From the NCBI GenBank assembly GCA_008690995.1, contig VRMN01000001.1:3162001-3226000 (forward strand): a DNA stretch of 64,000 bases. Direction: 5' to 3'. A program made the translations under genes and the position numbers. Shown piece after piece: positions 18,501 to 28,939 of this stretch. Positions within the stretch are counted from its first letter, which is position 1, and the number at the start of each line of letters is the position of its first letter. The stretch comes from Porphyridium purpureum (lineage: Eukaryota). The notes below the pieces were generated by a model. That model was not told the origin of the DNA, did not search any database, and was given only the letters and a program-made list of their open reading frames with translations.

Positions 18501-21500
18501 CAGTTGCAGAAAGCATATCAATTCAAGTGAATCCTGCGCGGAGCAGCACCCTTGTTTCATTCGAGTCGCTGCTCCGGTCGTCGCAATATGGCCCGCGTCT
18601 GGTTGCTGCTTGCTTGGAGCGCGCGGCGCTCGACTTTGGTCGTGATCTTGACAGTGGTAGCACTTTTTCAGTTTTATTCGCCTCCCATCAAACGGCAGAC
18701 GTCGTGGGCGCTCAACGAGTCCTCGCGCTTTTGCTTGATCTGCGTCGAGGTGATGTTATCCGGCAGGTGATTGCGTGGGTAAGGCGAGTGCTGGCCCACT
18801 GGGTCGTGCGCTTGTCCGCGTTGCCGGAAGAAGTGTACCATGTGTCAGCGCTCGATCAAGAGAACAGCAGTGCCGGTGAGAACGATGCGTCAGCCGCTGC
18901 AGGGGGCACCGCGAATCATGCTCGCTCAAAATCAATGGTTAGGAAGAAGGCATCTGGTACAGAAATGGGAAGCGTGACGGCGCGAGAGAAGCAACAACAT
19001 CAGGCGGAGATCGATAAGAGAAAAGCGGCGGAGGCGGCACGCGCGGAGAAAGAGCTCAAAATGGCCTTGTTGCGAAAGCTACGCTTGGAGCTAGACGAGA
19101 TCATGGCGGAAATGCACGTTACCGCAGCAGTGCTGGCCGAGCTGAACGCGCATGCACCCGCCGAGATCTACGAATGGCTTCCCGTGCTTGTGCCTGGACT
19201 TGTGTCGAGCTGTACAGCATTTCGCTGCGGACGCGAGAACGACAATAGCGAGGGCGCGCAGTCGCTGCGCTTTCTACTCGGCCAGCTTGCCCTAAGTTGT
19301 TGTACGATCGAGGGCTCGCACCGCCGGGCTTTCGCCAGTGACAGCAGTGCAGCCTTTGCGAGTGTCGCCGTGCTGTGCTACTATCTTTATCGGCCTCCTA
19401 CGAGACAGGAACTCGAGCACGATCACGGGGCGTCGTGGGCAAGAGGTAACGCAGCGCGCTTGCAGTACGTACTCCCGGAGTTTTGCGAGCTCGTGCAGCG
19501 GCCGCTGGGTTGCGAAACGTTTACCTTCCTACTGCCGCTGCTTGGGTTTGCCATTACCGGCTCGAGAGCAGGTTTAGTGCTTGCCAGCCGTAACGCACAT
19601 CATGATACAGAGACACAAGCAGGCCAAGAAATTAATGGCCTGCGTGTTCAAGTAGCACCCCTGGTGACACAAAAAGTTCTGGAATTTTTTACGATGCAGG
19701 TCAAAGGCGACGGAAATGTGGGCGGCGGATCGTCTTCGGCGGCCGCAGAGTGTGCGGCCGCTGCTGCAGGTGCTCATGCTGGCACCTGGCTTCTTGCGAT
19801 ATTGGAGCGCGAGGACAGTCTGTTTAACTTGGCCTCGGACGCATTGTACGAGCTGGCATCGCGTGGGTTGAGCGGTGCATCATCAGAATCTGAGCTCGCG
19901 CAGCTCTTAGACGGATTCTTGTCTGACAAGGAATCGGTGCGTGAAGCATGCATCGAGGCTCTCGGCTCTTTGGACGTCTTCGCCGCGCCTAATGGTGCTT
20001 ATGAAAGCAACGAAGTTTTAACACGCTTTCTGTGGTTCGAGTGCCATGACGTAGACCGGACGGTCGCCGAGCGGGCTGAGGCTCTATGGGAAATATACGC
20101 GCAGCCGCTCCAGCTTGAGCGCGTGCTCGAGTGGCTTCTGGGCCTCTTGACAAGCGATAAGCTCGCTGTTCGTAGATGTGCAGCGGACGCGCTCGCAGAA
20201 GCGCTCAAAATCGAAGCAAGCAATAGTCTCGGCACTGACCGTGATGGTGCGGAAGAGGGAAGTGGACGCACGAATGCAAGATCCGGTCCCAAGCAGCAGC
20301 TCGTCACATCGACGCTAAGCAAGATTTGCTCGATTTACATGGACGGAATAGCTTTGACACAAAAGGAGCAACAAAACGCTCAGGGTAAGGGTAGCAGAAC
20401 GCGCCAGCCGGTCAAACAGGCACCGAAGCTTGCTCCGCTGTCGACTGGTGGAATGACACCGGCTCTCGCGACGTCGAGTAGTAGTAAGGAGCCAAATGTT
20501 ACATCAGAGCGCGATGAGCAGAATGACGCAGGCTGGACGCATCGGCATGGCGCAACGCTCGCTCTTCATGCACTGGCGGCGCGCGGCGCGCTGCACGTAA
20601 GCACGGACTTACCTGTTCTTTTCGCATTTTTGAGCGCACGCGCACTAGGTGACTTACACCCTAGCGTGCGTAGTGCTGCTGTGGCTTGTGCCACTGTTGC
20701 CATTGAGAGTGCTGGCTCGCTTGGCCCGCAGCTTCTACTTGGGATGGTCGAAGCGCAACTTCAGAAAGAGCCGGCACCAAGTGAAGGCAGTGGCGTTCAA
20801 GATTCTGCAGATGTGGCTCACGCCGATGCGTCGCGCGAGAATCTTATCGTGTGCGTTGGCATGCTGGCGGCGCACCTGCCTGCGGATGATCCTCGCGTGG
20901 AGCGCGCGGTTTTGCGAGTAGTGCAAACAGCGGTTGACACTCCGAGTGAATCGGTGCAGCGCGCTGCAATGCGTTGCCTACGCGGCCTGGCACCGGCCTT
21001 GCGCGCCAACGAGGCACTGCGCGCTCGTGAGCTTGATCTTCGTGGCGAATTGGTGGGGCGTTTGCTGGACGCCGACAAGCAAGCTTCATTTGGTGCTCGT
21101 CGCGGAGCGGCGTATGCTTTGGCCGGTCTTCTACGTGGCGGTGGTTTGGCTGCGCTCAAGCGAGCTGGGTTGCACTCCACTATTGTGGACGCTGTGAGTC
21201 ACAAGACGGCCAAGGTGAGGCAGGGCGCCTTTTTCTTAGCTGAGACTTTGGCAGCTGCGTATGGTGTGCTGTACGAGCCTTACACAGTACGGCTTGTAGG
21301 CGCGCTTTTGCAGGGAATGGGTGACAGTGCGCTCGAGGTACGCCTTGCGGCCGAACAAGCCGCGCAGGTAATGATGGCGGAGTTGACATCCGAGGGCGTA
21401 CGGCTTGTGCTCGGGGACCTTCTTGGAGGTCTGCGGCAGATGCAGTGGCGCACCAAAGCAGCCGCGGCCGAACTTCTGGGTGCGATGGCATTCTGTGCAC

Positions 21501-24500
21501 CGCGGCAGCTTGCCCTGTGCCTGCCGCAGATTGTACCGGAGCTCGCGCGCAGCATGGCTGACGCTCATCCCAAGGTGGCGGCTGCTGCGGAGCGTGCGAT
21601 CGCACGCATTGCGGCGGTGGCGCGCAGTCCAGAGCTACGCGCGCTCAGCGGAGTGCTAATATCGGCGCTGCGAGAGCCTGAGACGGCGACGCGCGGCGCG
21701 CTGGACGCCATGCTGGCCACCGAATTCATTCATGCTGTGGATGCGGCGTCTCTTGCTCTGCTCGTGCCTCCTCTGCAGCGTGCATTGCGCGGGCGCGATA
21801 CGCAAAACAAGATCCGCGCTGCAACAATCGTGGGCGCGATATCGGCGCATGTGCATGCGGGTTCTGATGTCATGCCCTATCTACCGCAGCTGTTGCCGCC
21901 ACTTCACGCAGCGCTTTTTGATCCGCTTCCCCTGGTTCGCCGCACCGCCGCGCGTGCGTGTGGCTCTCTCGCCGCGTCGCTCCGCTCGATCGTGCCTGCG
22001 TCGTCTGATGCGTTGAAGAAAAGTGAAAAGGACACACTTGGCACTCTGTTCTCCATCAGGGAACTTGACCGGGCGCTGGCTGCTGATCTCATTGACCCAG
22101 CAAAGTCGTCGGCTGAGCGCTCTGGTGCAGCGATGGCGATCGCAGAGATGTGCTCGAGCATGAGTGAGCTCGAGTTTGAGCACGTCTTCACCACACAGGT
22201 GCTCATGCAGTCGCAGCGTACGCATACGGATGCTCGCATCCATGCGAATGAAACGGACTCGGTGCTGCCTGGACGCGCGTCGACCACAAATCCCCCACCG
22301 CAGCAGCAGATGAAGCGATTCGCAATCACGGAAGGCTCGCTGTTGCTGATTGCGGCGATGCCGGCGTCGGCGTCGCGCGGTGAGTTTGAGCCGCGCGTTC
22401 CAGACGCCTTGCCTCTCATTTTGCGTGGGCTGTCTTCAGAATCGGAGGCGGTGCGGGCCGCTGCCCTTCTGGCAGGCAAGGCCGTGGTTCGTACGTACGC
22501 TCGTTCGTCGCTGCGGAACATCCTGCCAGTTGTTCTGCTCGGAATGCAGCACACTTCATGGCGCATTCGCTTCAGCTCAACACAGTTGCTCGCTGATTTT
22601 GTCATCAGCATCACTGGTGGTGCGATGAACAAGTCTTCCAGTCATGGTGCTGGCTCCCCAGGTGAAATGGACGCGGACGCAGAAGATAACCATGCGCCTG
22701 ACAATGAAGCCGATGCCTCTGAGAATGGTGATTACGCAGCTGGAGAGGCGGAAGACGGACCGTCGTCAGTGTCCGCTCCTTTCTCGGGTCTGAATTTGAG
22801 CGCTGCCGCAGTTTCGGATGCTCTCGTTCAGGTGTTGGGCCGCGATCAGCTCAACGAGATCCTTGCACTTCTGTACATCGCGCGTTGCGATGTATCTGGT
22901 GCGGTACGGCAAAGCGCCGTGGCGCTTTGGAAGATCATGGTGCACAACACGCCGCGCACTCTTCGTGCAGTACTTCCATTAGCGATATCACGCGTGCTGC
23001 AATCACTGGGCGATGAGGACGAGGAGCGTCGTGCCACCGCTGGCCGCACGCTAGGAGATCTTGCGCAAAAGCTTGGCGAGCGTGTGATGCCGGATGTACT
23101 ACCTGTGCTGCAACGCGCGCTGAAGAGCGGGGACGAGCAGATGCGCCGTGGTGCTTGCGAAGGGCTTGACGAGCTCGTACTCGCCACCGAGCGCGAGACG
23201 CTTGCTTTGTTCCTTTCCCAAATCACTGCCATTATTTGTGATGCGCTCATTGACCACGTAGCGCTTGTGCGTGAGGCCGGTACAGCCGTCTTCGTGTCAA
23301 CGTACAAGACGATGGGTGCGAGACCGCTCGTTGAAGACGTTCTTTCTTTCTTGATTTCGAAGCTTTTCTCAAAAGCGAAGCGCGACGCACATGCCCTCAG
23401 TGGCGATGGCGTTGTACCAGGCCCTGTCGACAACGACGACCAGCGCGATGATGGAGAATTGCTGCCCCAAAGCGATCGCGCCCTCGACTCGATGCAGCGT
23501 TTGCTGCAAGCGAGTGGGCCAAGGCTGCTTGCATTCGTCTTTCCGCGTCTCATCAACGAGGATGAATTGCCACTTTCTGTGGGCGCCTTGCGTGCGCTCT
23601 CCGCCGCCGTACGAGCGGGAGGGCACAATACGCTTCAGTATGTGGACGCCATACTGTACGCACTTTTTACTTCGATCATCGCAGCCTCGTCCTCGTTATC
23701 GTCTTCGAATGATGACGTTCAGAATACAGAGGTGTCTGCGGTGGATATGCAGCAGTCATCGGACCTAGTGGAGCCGGATGCAGTCTTTATGGACAGCGTG
23801 CAGGAGCTGATGCTGAGTTGCACGCAGGATGAAGAGCTGCAGGATACTGTTTTCAATAAGGTAGTCAATAATCTCAAGAGTTCCAGCCCGGCACAACGTG
23901 TAGCAACCGCACGTGCGGTGACGTGTTTATGTGCCGGCGCACCAGCAGTTGCGACGCAGTATGCGCCGCAAATTGCACAGGTCTTTGTGCGACAGCTTGC
24001 AGACGTGGACGATGGTGTCGCTCGTGAGTGCTGGGCTTGCGTCGACGTCCTAGTGCGTGTGGTGGGCGGCAAGGATGCGTCCGTACATGCAACTGTGTTC
24101 CGGCAGGCGCTGCGACTGGCGCATGCAGATGCGCAGGTGCAGAGCAATGATGGCGCCGTGAACGGCTTGCGCGTGCGCAATGCGGCGACACCTTTCGTGA
24201 GCGTGTACATTGAAGCGCTACTGCACGGGTCTCCGGAGTTACGCGAACAAGGCGCGCTGGCACTTGCGGAGTTGATCGAAATGAGCACGGCCACGCAGGT
24301 GCAACCGTTTGTGATTAAGATCACTGGTGCTTTGATTCGAGTCGCGTCCGACCGCGTTCCCTGGCAGCTTAAAGCCGCCATCCTGTTCACGCTTCTACGC
24401 GCATTGCACGCATGCCCAGTCATGCTGAAAACGTTTGTGCCGCAGCTGCAGAGTACATTTCTCAAGGCTCTGCTTGACGACGCGCGCCTTGTGCGCATGC

Positions 24501-25513
24501 GCGCTGTCCAGTGTATCGGAGCTCTCGCCCTTGTGAGTAGCGGCACGCCCGCAGCCACGCAGAAGCTGGAATTGCTACTGGCCGAGCTCACGGCAATGGG
24601 CTCAACGCGCGCTGCGGATCTTCGCTCGGCCGATACCGAGCCTGCTCCGCCAGAGACGCGCGAGGCGGCCTGGCTCGCCTTTGCGGAGCTTGTGTCGCGC
24701 CTGCCTACAGGTCCTGGCTGTGTTCTCTCGTCCGCAGCCCTTCGTCTGGCGAGCGATCGTGCGCTGGATGCCGCCGCGACGGATGGGGCACTCAGCGTGC
24801 ATGCGTGCGTAGCCACTGGCCTCGTGGCGCTGCTGGGTCGACCGGAGATGAGCGTGGGTGATCGAGGCACTGTCGAGGAGGTTGTGGCGTCTGTTGTTGC
24901 AATCTCGCAACGGGACACAGCTTGTGCACACGGGCAAGCAGCGCTGATAGCTGAATTGCTGCTCACGTCCAGTACAGTGCAAGTGAAAGCGAAGAAGACA
25001 GGAAGCCGATCGCTCACGAGCTCGAACGTGCTCTCTTCAGCCGCTGTCGTGCAGCTGTCAAACTGCACTCAAGCGCTAGCCTCGCACACTGCAGCAGCTG
25101 TGCGAATCGTCGGCTATCGTGCGGCGTGCCACGCGTATTTTGCGACAGCGCAGCTGTCGTATATTGAGCCGGTGCTCCGCGGTGCCGAAACTGACCCGGC
25201 TGTTGACGGCCGCATTTCGGCGATTCGATTCTGTGGTGTCGCATGCCAGCCGAGTGCGTCGGCACGCGAGGAGATTGTGCATCGCGTGCTTCCTGTGCTC
25301 TCGAACGCATTCAAGGTGCGCAACTCGGGCGTGACGGCCGCCGTTGAGCGCGCCTTGCGGAAGGCACTTGTGGACGAGCTTGGAAATGATAAACTCGAGA
25401 TGATCGACACCTTGTACGAACTGCTCGGGGACGATGCCGCGCAACAAGTTGTTGATTGTCTGGGTCCTGCTGTCCGCATGACGCCACTGGATAGCGAAGC
25501 AGAGGACGAATAA
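15542..25513 (+). CDS. GCN1: GCN1, HEAT-repeat activator of eIF2alpha kinase GCN2
   Basis: About 3300 aa of HEAT repeats, with GARRGAAYALAGL, QWRTKAAAAELLGAMAFCAPRQLALCLPQIVP, WKIMVHNTPRTL, PFVIKITGALIRV and FVPQLQSTFLKAL. Start is ATG 15542 or 15419. Confidence 0.95.
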   Translation: MHAVQEIADAVAVDGSRWSELVAVVTTAANKAARSRAVLPPRASQGPEPELTPDCRDLSTSPDARATDEAPTCAVHGAVQYILCSSSFVYGRLIAELPAVCAFGVLHAPSYEAVGDLVRVLSTEAAVAAASARKDRSRALLLLKCLSRALGNLVKRFISKSLSSGANTSDVLNSMTPALDAMVALASCVLADTGSHVLDTSSSSPRGGAPRRVISLVARWMGSVFALYHTARDARHSVRSEVSTEQVDGEALLATQRYNELVGEVAQTVVVRSEKSEKDGHWFSSLAYLILLRQIDGLGSTWTARVLQLVLTLTLRHGAARSRLVVSALLSGGCGKDLVATTETRGTARTNHLVEQLRQLMGSPSGQQLVTPQIERFVLRDKLACVSALPLLLTEPSELIVQYEPGLFMPLLPVVSAVLTQPLPKATDSDVQVLMHSVTEIIRALVACLRFSMKAIVTGSRGEEDPNEAGVVDDGVIHELVVALLDACCGKRKSLNPEQRLCAVRCLVLIAAAAEAKAQAGFQRPSGAQASEMRCRETQLLVLNAIAEWLASPRNEASDSVRAEGYHCMVQWALVHICSVDGKSLEEKLPIVAHDFLVSKLTCIESEGGNSSEGYLALDAIVLGLSKGSEASAVMQCVCSENGVQDALLRMCAMPRTSSWRQLQCGAAILSGLRKNDPDLKETALKCAGKSENSHTYSMQLLALLSWSSLCDRFTQLDESTECKDFFREGQGDVRRTGPGVLKRLVFVSHEILHWLDLLIVLSRKEETRIASDLAGAVDANLDAAQPRAEDRNLFAEANGELQEQKQRTHDSCENSSRALEGFIVEVPSLMGVDQERKVDSVCDFIVSLACLEFPASAPHSYCARDAVVETMRRLRSDAMPKRVLLSLLRVARGNAKYATMLDEATACRTAARVGVAARCEALRVRICNAGVCLDSCAPLMLFLLCVPDFGLSSRYSGTTLRSLRVRTFLKGSKFALSHIDAAQDGTVAESISIQVNPARSSTLVSFESLLRSSQYGPRLVAACLERAALDFGRDLDSGSTFSVLFASHQTADVVGAQRVLALLLDLRRGDVIRQVIAWVRRVLAHWVVRLSALPEEVYHVSALDQENSSAGENDASAAAGGTANHARSKSMVRKKASGTEMGSVTAREKQQHQAEIDKRKAAEAARAEKELKMALLRKLRLELDEIMAEMHVTAAVLAELNAHAPAEIYEWLPVLVPGLVSSCTAFRCGRENDNSEGAQSLRFLLGQLALSCCTIEGSHRRAFASDSSAAFASVAVLCYYLYRPPTRQELEHDHGASWARGNAARLQYVLPEFCELVQRPLGCETFTFLLPLLGFAITGSRAGLVLASRNAHHDTETQAGQEINGLRVQVAPLVTQKVLEFFTMQVKGDGNVGGGSSSAAAECAAAAAGAHAGTWLLAILEREDSLFNLASDALYELASRGLSGASSESELAQLLDGFLSDKESVREACIEALGSLDVFAAPNGAYESNEVLTRFLWFECHDVDRTVAERAEALWEIYAQPLQLERVLEWLLGLLTSDKLAVRRCAADALAEALKIEASNSLGTDRDGAEEGSGRTNARSGPKQQLVTSTLSKICSIYMDGIALTQKEQQNAQGKGSRTRQPVKQAPKLAPLSTGGMTPALATSSSSKEPNVTSERDEQNDAGWTHRHGATLALHALAARGALHVSTDLPVLFAFLSARALGDLHPSVRSAAVACATVAIESAGSLGPQLLLGMVEAQLQKEPAPSEGSGVQDSADVAHADASRENLIVCVGMLAAHLPADDPRVERAVLRVVQTAVDTPSESVQRAAMRCLRGLAPALRANEALRARELDLRGELVGRLLDADKQASFGARRGAAYALAGLLRGGGLAALKRAGLHSTIVDAVSHKTAKVRQGAFFLAETLAAAYGVLYEPYTVRLVGALLQGMGDSALEVRLAAEQAAQVMMAELTSEGVRLVLGDLLGGLRQMQWRTKAAAAELLGAMAFCAPRQLALCLPQIVPELARSMADAHPKVAAAAERAIARIAAVARSPELRALSGVLISALREPETATRGALDAMLATEFIHAVDAASLALLVPPLQRALRGRDTQNKIRAATIVGAISAHVHAGSDVMPYLPQLLPPLHAALFDPLPLVRRTAARACGSLAASLRSIVPASSDALKKSEKDTLGTLFSIRELDRALAADLIDPAKSSAERSGAAMAIAEMCSSMSELEFEHVFTTQVLMQSQRTHTDARIHANETDSVLPGRASTTNPPPQQQMKRFAITEGSLLLIAAMPASASRGEFEPRVPDALPLILRGLSSESEAVRAAALLAGKAVVRTYARSSLRNILPVVLLGMQHTSWRIRFSSTQLLADFVISITGGAMNKSSSHGAGSPGEMDADAEDNHAPDNEADASENGDYAAGEAEDGPSSVSAPFSGLNLSAAAVSDALVQVLGRDQLNEILALLYIARCDVSGAVRQSAVALWKIMVHNTPRTLRAVLPLAISRVLQSLGDEDEERRATAGRTLGDLAQKLGERVMPDVLPVLQRALKSGDEQMRRGACEGLDELVLATERETLALFLSQITAIICDALIDHVALVREAGTAVFVSTYKTMGARPLVEDVLSFLISKLFSKAKRDAHALSGDGVVPGPVDNDDQRDDGELLPQSDRALDSMQRLLQASGPRLLAFVFPRLINEDELPLSVGALRALSAAVRAGGHNTLQYVDAILYALFTSIIAASSSLSSSNDDVQNTEVSAVDMQQSSDLVEPDAVFMDSVQELMLSCTQDEELQDTVFNKVVNNLKSSSPAQRVATARAVTCLCAGAPAVATQYAPQIAQVFVRQLADVDDGVARECWACVDVLVRVVGGKDASVHATVFRQALRLAHADAQVQSNDGAVNGLRVRNAATPFVSVYIEALLHGSPELREQGALALAELIEMSTATQVQPFVIKITGALIRVASDRVPWQLKAAILFTLLRALHACPVMLKTFVPQLQSTFLKALLDDARLVRMRAVQCIGALALVSSGTPAATQKLELLLAELTAMGSTRAADLRSADTEPAPPETREAAWLAFAELVSRLPTGPGCVLSSAALRLASDRALDAAATDGALSVHACVATGLVALLGRPEMSVGDRGTVEEVVASVVAISQRDTACAHGQAALIAELLLTSSTVQVKAKKTGSRSLTSSNVLSSAAVVQLSNCTQALASHTAAAVRIVGYRAACHAYFATAQLSYIEPVLRGAETDPAVDGRISAIRFCGVACQPSASAREEIVHRVLPVLSNAFKVRNSGVTAAVERALRKALVDELGNDKLEMIDTLYELLGDDAAQQVVDCLGPAVRMTPLDSEAEDE

Positions 25514-25594
25514 AAACATTCTCTACTGGTATAGAAAGGGAGAAGGCTCTAACATCCACCCGGATATTGACATGAATACTGATGGACTTTCCGT

Positions 25595-27409
25595 TTACCT
25601 CTCTTTCTTCTTCCAAGAAATGTGAGGGTCAAGCGACAAGTCTTCATCTTCTTGCCACACTAATATGCGTGTATGCGGGCACGACGTCGGAATTATTTCT
25701 CCGAGTGGCATCATTTCGTCGTCTAGGTCAAGGGTAGCTTCGGATACGCCCTCGTGCGACCACAGCGCTTTCATCCGCAGCGAAACAGCCCGATCCAGTG
25801 GCATGTTGAGCGCCACTTGCAGTAGCAGCTGCTTCATCTTGAGCACCAGTGTTGACCGAGGCACTCTCAGAGATACGAGACTTGACTCGGACGTGCGGAG
25901 CAATGCACCGTGTCCCGGAAGCGCATCAACGGAGCAATGAAGCATTGCGCGCTCTAGCGCGCCCAGCGGAGCTAATCCAGTGAGTTTGTCTCCAGGAGTA
26001 CGGGCCGAGACCGCAGTCTCGAGAGGTATTCCATAGCGCTCTGCTAACTGGATGGCGCGGGGCAGGTCGGCTGCACAGAGGAGCGCGACGTCGTCATTCT
26101 GTATCAAAGCTTGCTGGATTTGCCGCACAAGTTGCTTCTCGGCATAGATACGCTCGTCGTTAAGCACTATGCTGTGGTTCACTGTTCGAACTGCATCAAG
26201 GCGTGCAATGCACTCACACCGAAGCGCTGCATCGCTGACACCCGGCCACTCGCGCGCAGCCAGCTCGGTAAGCGCCGGGAATCGACGCAATCTATTGAAC
26301 GCATCAGCCGGCGAAGTAATTGGGTTACTTACTAGATCAATATTCTTCAAAGTCATGAAGCGCTTTTCAATCGTGCTTTCGTCCGCGTTTGAACTTTCGG
26401 CAAGCTTCTCAAGGTCGTTCTTGCTCAGGTATAGTTCCTCCAGTGTGCTGGCGAATGGCGCAAGCGCTTGTAAACAAGCGGGCCAATCAGAGATGGAATT
26501 TTCGCTCAGGTCCACCAACTGCAGCGGAGGCAGCCGTGGCGTTTTTAAAATACCCTTTTCGCTGAGATCCGAATTCTGAAACAGGCAGATTCCATTGCCG
26601 TGCAAATGCACTTCCTCCAACGTTGGGAAAAGGGTGCATATGTCGCATGCGAGCCTCCAGTCGATGCCAGTTTGGTTCAGAATCAAACTTCGCAACCCGC
26701 AAGCGACCTTTTTACCATCATGTCGTAGGTGCTGTCGCTGACGCTCGGCCAGCCAGGATGAAAACCGGGACAAATCGAACTCGTTGGAAGATAGATTCAG
26801 CTTTTCCAATGACGGAAGTTGGAACGGCAGTTCAAGAATCCGACCAAGGTCCGTAAGCAAGTTCTTCGATACGTCAAGCTCTTTGAGTGACCGTAAGGAG
26901 TCCAGATCTACATGCTCCAAGCTGTTTTGCTCGTCCACCGTATCGCGGATCCCGGATTTGCTGAGCACAATACTTTGTACGCATTCCAGCTTGCTCGGCG
27001 CGGTGCGCCGCAGTTCGTACTCCACGCTCTGCAAGACGATATCCGGTCCCATGTCGTTACTTTGCGCGCTTGGATTCGGTCCCGAAACCTGCGACTCCTG
27101 ATACTTGCTTCGCAGAGCGTGTGCCAGGGCAACTCCTGTGCTCACCATAGACTTCCGAACGCATGTCGACGATGCAGCGCGAGAAGCTTGGAAGTACCGG
27201 ACACCTTTTACCGAACCATCATGCATTTGCAAAACGCCGCGACGCGGCGCAACATCCCGGTCCCACTCAACGCCCACCCATTCGCCACGTGTGCTCTCGA
27301 TGGGCCCTAAGTACCGAATGGTCCCCCGCTGCTCGGGCGCGCGGCGCGCATGCACGCGTTGACCGACGTGCAGAGGCGTGCTTGGAATTTCCTCGGATGC
27401 ACTCATCAT
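25595..27409 (-). CDS. TBCE: Tubulin-folding cofactor E (CAP-Gly, LRR, UBL)
   Basis: GTIRYLG...WVGVEWD...HDGSVKGVRYF (CAP-Gly), LRRs such as LKELDVSKNLL and LEKLNLSSNEF, and a C-terminal ubiquitin-like region. Confidence 0.92.
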   Translation of the reverse strand: MMSASEEIPSTPLHVGQRVHARRAPEQRGTIRYLGPIESTRGEWVGVEWDRDVAPRRGVLQMHDGSVKGVRYFQASRAASSTCVRKSMVSTGVALAHALRSKYQESQVSGPNPSAQSNDMGPDIVLQSVEYELRRTAPSKLECVQSIVLSKSGIRDTVDEQNSLEHVDLDSLRSLKELDVSKNLLTDLGRILELPFQLPSLEKLNLSSNEFDLSRFSSWLAERQRQHLRHDGKKVACGLRSLILNQTGIDWRLACDICTLFPTLEEVHLHGNGICLFQNSDLSEKGILKTPRLPPLQLVDLSENSISDWPACLQALAPFASTLEELYLSKNDLEKLAESSNADESTIEKRFMTLKNIDLVSNPITSPADAFNRLRRFPALTELAAREWPGVSDAALRCECIARLDAVRTVNHSIVLNDERIYAEKQLVRQIQQALIQNDDVALLCAADLPRAIQLAERYGIPLETAVSARTPGDKLTGLAPLGALERAMLHCSVDALPGHGALLRTSESSLVSLRVPRSTLVLKMKQLLLQVALNMPLDRAVSLRMKALWSHEGVSEATLDLDDEMMPLGEIIPTSCPHTRILVWQEDEDLSLDPHISWKKKER

Positions 27410-27571
27410 GTCACTCCATTGGCCCACGCTACCTTTCGACCCGCTCGAGAGTGGTGTCGGTCGACACGACGACGATGAAAAGACTGGAGCGATGCTTGCG
27501 GAAAGCTTCTGGCGACCTTGCGTCGAGCGTTGACTTCCTCAAGAGGGAATTGCATCTTTGCAGCTACGGAA

Positions 27572-28783
27572 ATGGGAGTGGACTCGACTGCGAGTATTGA
27601 GTCACTGGCTCTCCAGTGCACGCGGAATGTTGCCTTGTTTGAAGCGACCTTGGCAGACGCGCTAGCGGCGCCGCGTGGCGCGGAGCTGTCGGAGGTGCAG
27701 GTTCTCTCCTTGAGCACGCAGTTTCGGGCACAACTCGATGCCCTGAAAAGGTGCTTGTCGCGGATACGCCTGGTCTTTGAAGAGCCAGGGCGCAAGGGAG
27801 GTACCCGTGCAGGGAGTGGCTCGAAAGATGCTTCGGTGAAAGTATTTCAAGTCAGCGTCAAAGACGCGGCCGCCGCCTTTGATGAGCTTCAGAGAATGAC
27901 CTGGTCTGTGTGTGAGACTTTTCGCCAGATGGCCACGCAACGTTTAGCCAGTGAGCTCTTTGTCAAAAACTTTTGGCGTGAGATCAAACAGCTTCTGGAA
28001 AACGTTCGCGAGAACATCTTTGGTGTGTCCAGTATAAACGCTTCCAGCGAACAGCTCAACGCGAAGTTGGGGGAGGCCTGGCAGACCATTGACAACCTTG
28101 CCCAGCTAAAGACCAGCAATCGCGCCGCCATCGCTTCTTCCTTTAAGCTCTCGCTGGTATGCTTGAAAGATACGCTCACCGAGCTGGAAGAAAGCTTCGG
28201 TGATATGGACCAACAGCTCCAAGACCTGCGCGATCACTGGCCGTTTGAAGAGAATTCCGAAAAATATCCCAACGTGCTAGCATTCCGGGAGGAGGCTTAC
28301 CCACTTTGTCGGCTGGGCACAGACATGGTGAAAGTTCTTTTCCGCTCGTTCCTAAGCGATCAGCCGGCTTCCGAAGTGGAGAGTGTGCATGACGTGATTC
28401 AGCTTTGGGACGCACTGGCAAGTGCTTCTCAGAATCTTCAATACGCAGTCGAAGACCTAGCGTCGTGGTCTTTTGAGGAGCGCATGCGCGATGACGACAT
28501 TTTGGATCAGCTTGGGCAGGGTGAGCAGCTGGCTCGCTTGCTTGTGTCGCAGCGCTACGAGCTCGACGCAGAAAATCGATGCCCAGAGTTGCTGCCCTTT
28601 GCAGAAGTGCTGGCTTGGATGCAGGACATTGAGAATCTCGTCCAGTCAGTACCCACAGGAAACACAGTGGACGCGGCGCGCGTCACTGAGTTGCGTACAC
28701 AGTATGAAAGCAGAGCTTGCAAAATCATTCTAGCGGCGTACGGAGGCGGCAACCTGCCGGAGAAATTTCAGTCACTCTCGTAG
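27572..28783 (+). CDS. Probable GCIP/cyclin-D1-binding protein 1 (CCNDBP1) family helical protein
   Basis: LGEAWQTIDNLAQLKTSNRAAIASSFKLSLVCLKDTLTELEE resembles the GxVWxAC...N.xAI...KD.L.E motif of the GCIP family. Head-to-head with TBCE. Confidence 0.5.
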   Translation: MGVDSTASIESLALQCTRNVALFEATLADALAAPRGAELSEVQVLSLSTQFRAQLDALKRCLSRIRLVFEEPGRKGGTRAGSGSKDASVKVFQVSVKDAAAAFDELQRMTWSVCETFRQMATQRLASELFVKNFWREIKQLLENVRENIFGVSSINASSEQLNAKLGEAWQTIDNLAQLKTSNRAAIASSFKLSLVCLKDTLTELEESFGDMDQQLQDLRDHWPFEENSEKYPNVLAFREEAYPLCRLGTDMVKVLFRSFLSDQPASEVESVHDVIQLWDALASASQNLQYAVEDLASWSFEERMRDDDILDQLGQGEQLARLLVSQRYELDAENRCPELLPFAEVLAWMQDIENLVQSVPTGNTVDAARVTELRTQYESRACKIILAAYGGGNLPEKFQSLS

Positions 28784-28939
28784 AAATTTGGGCGCAAGGA
28801 AATGTAGTGTGTCGCAGTGCACACTTTGGAGATGGGAGCCAAAGAAGTGCGATAGTTTTCCCGGGATTGAAGAGACTGTTCTTGTTTTGATTCCACATCT
28901 TCAAGTTATACATGGGGGGTGCCCTAGGCTGACAACAAA

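Noticed and set aside
23719..25068. 449-aa antisense ORF, and many similar shadow ORFs opposite GCN1, NR and PPase
   Set aside because: They lie opposite well-supported genes, have Ala/Ser/Arg-biased composition and no motifs, as expected in GC-rich coding DNA.
11771..25513. ADA2 next to GCN1 as a general amino-acid control cluster
   Set aside because: These are two ubiquitous housekeeping genes in tandem, and nothing in the sequence supports functional linkage.
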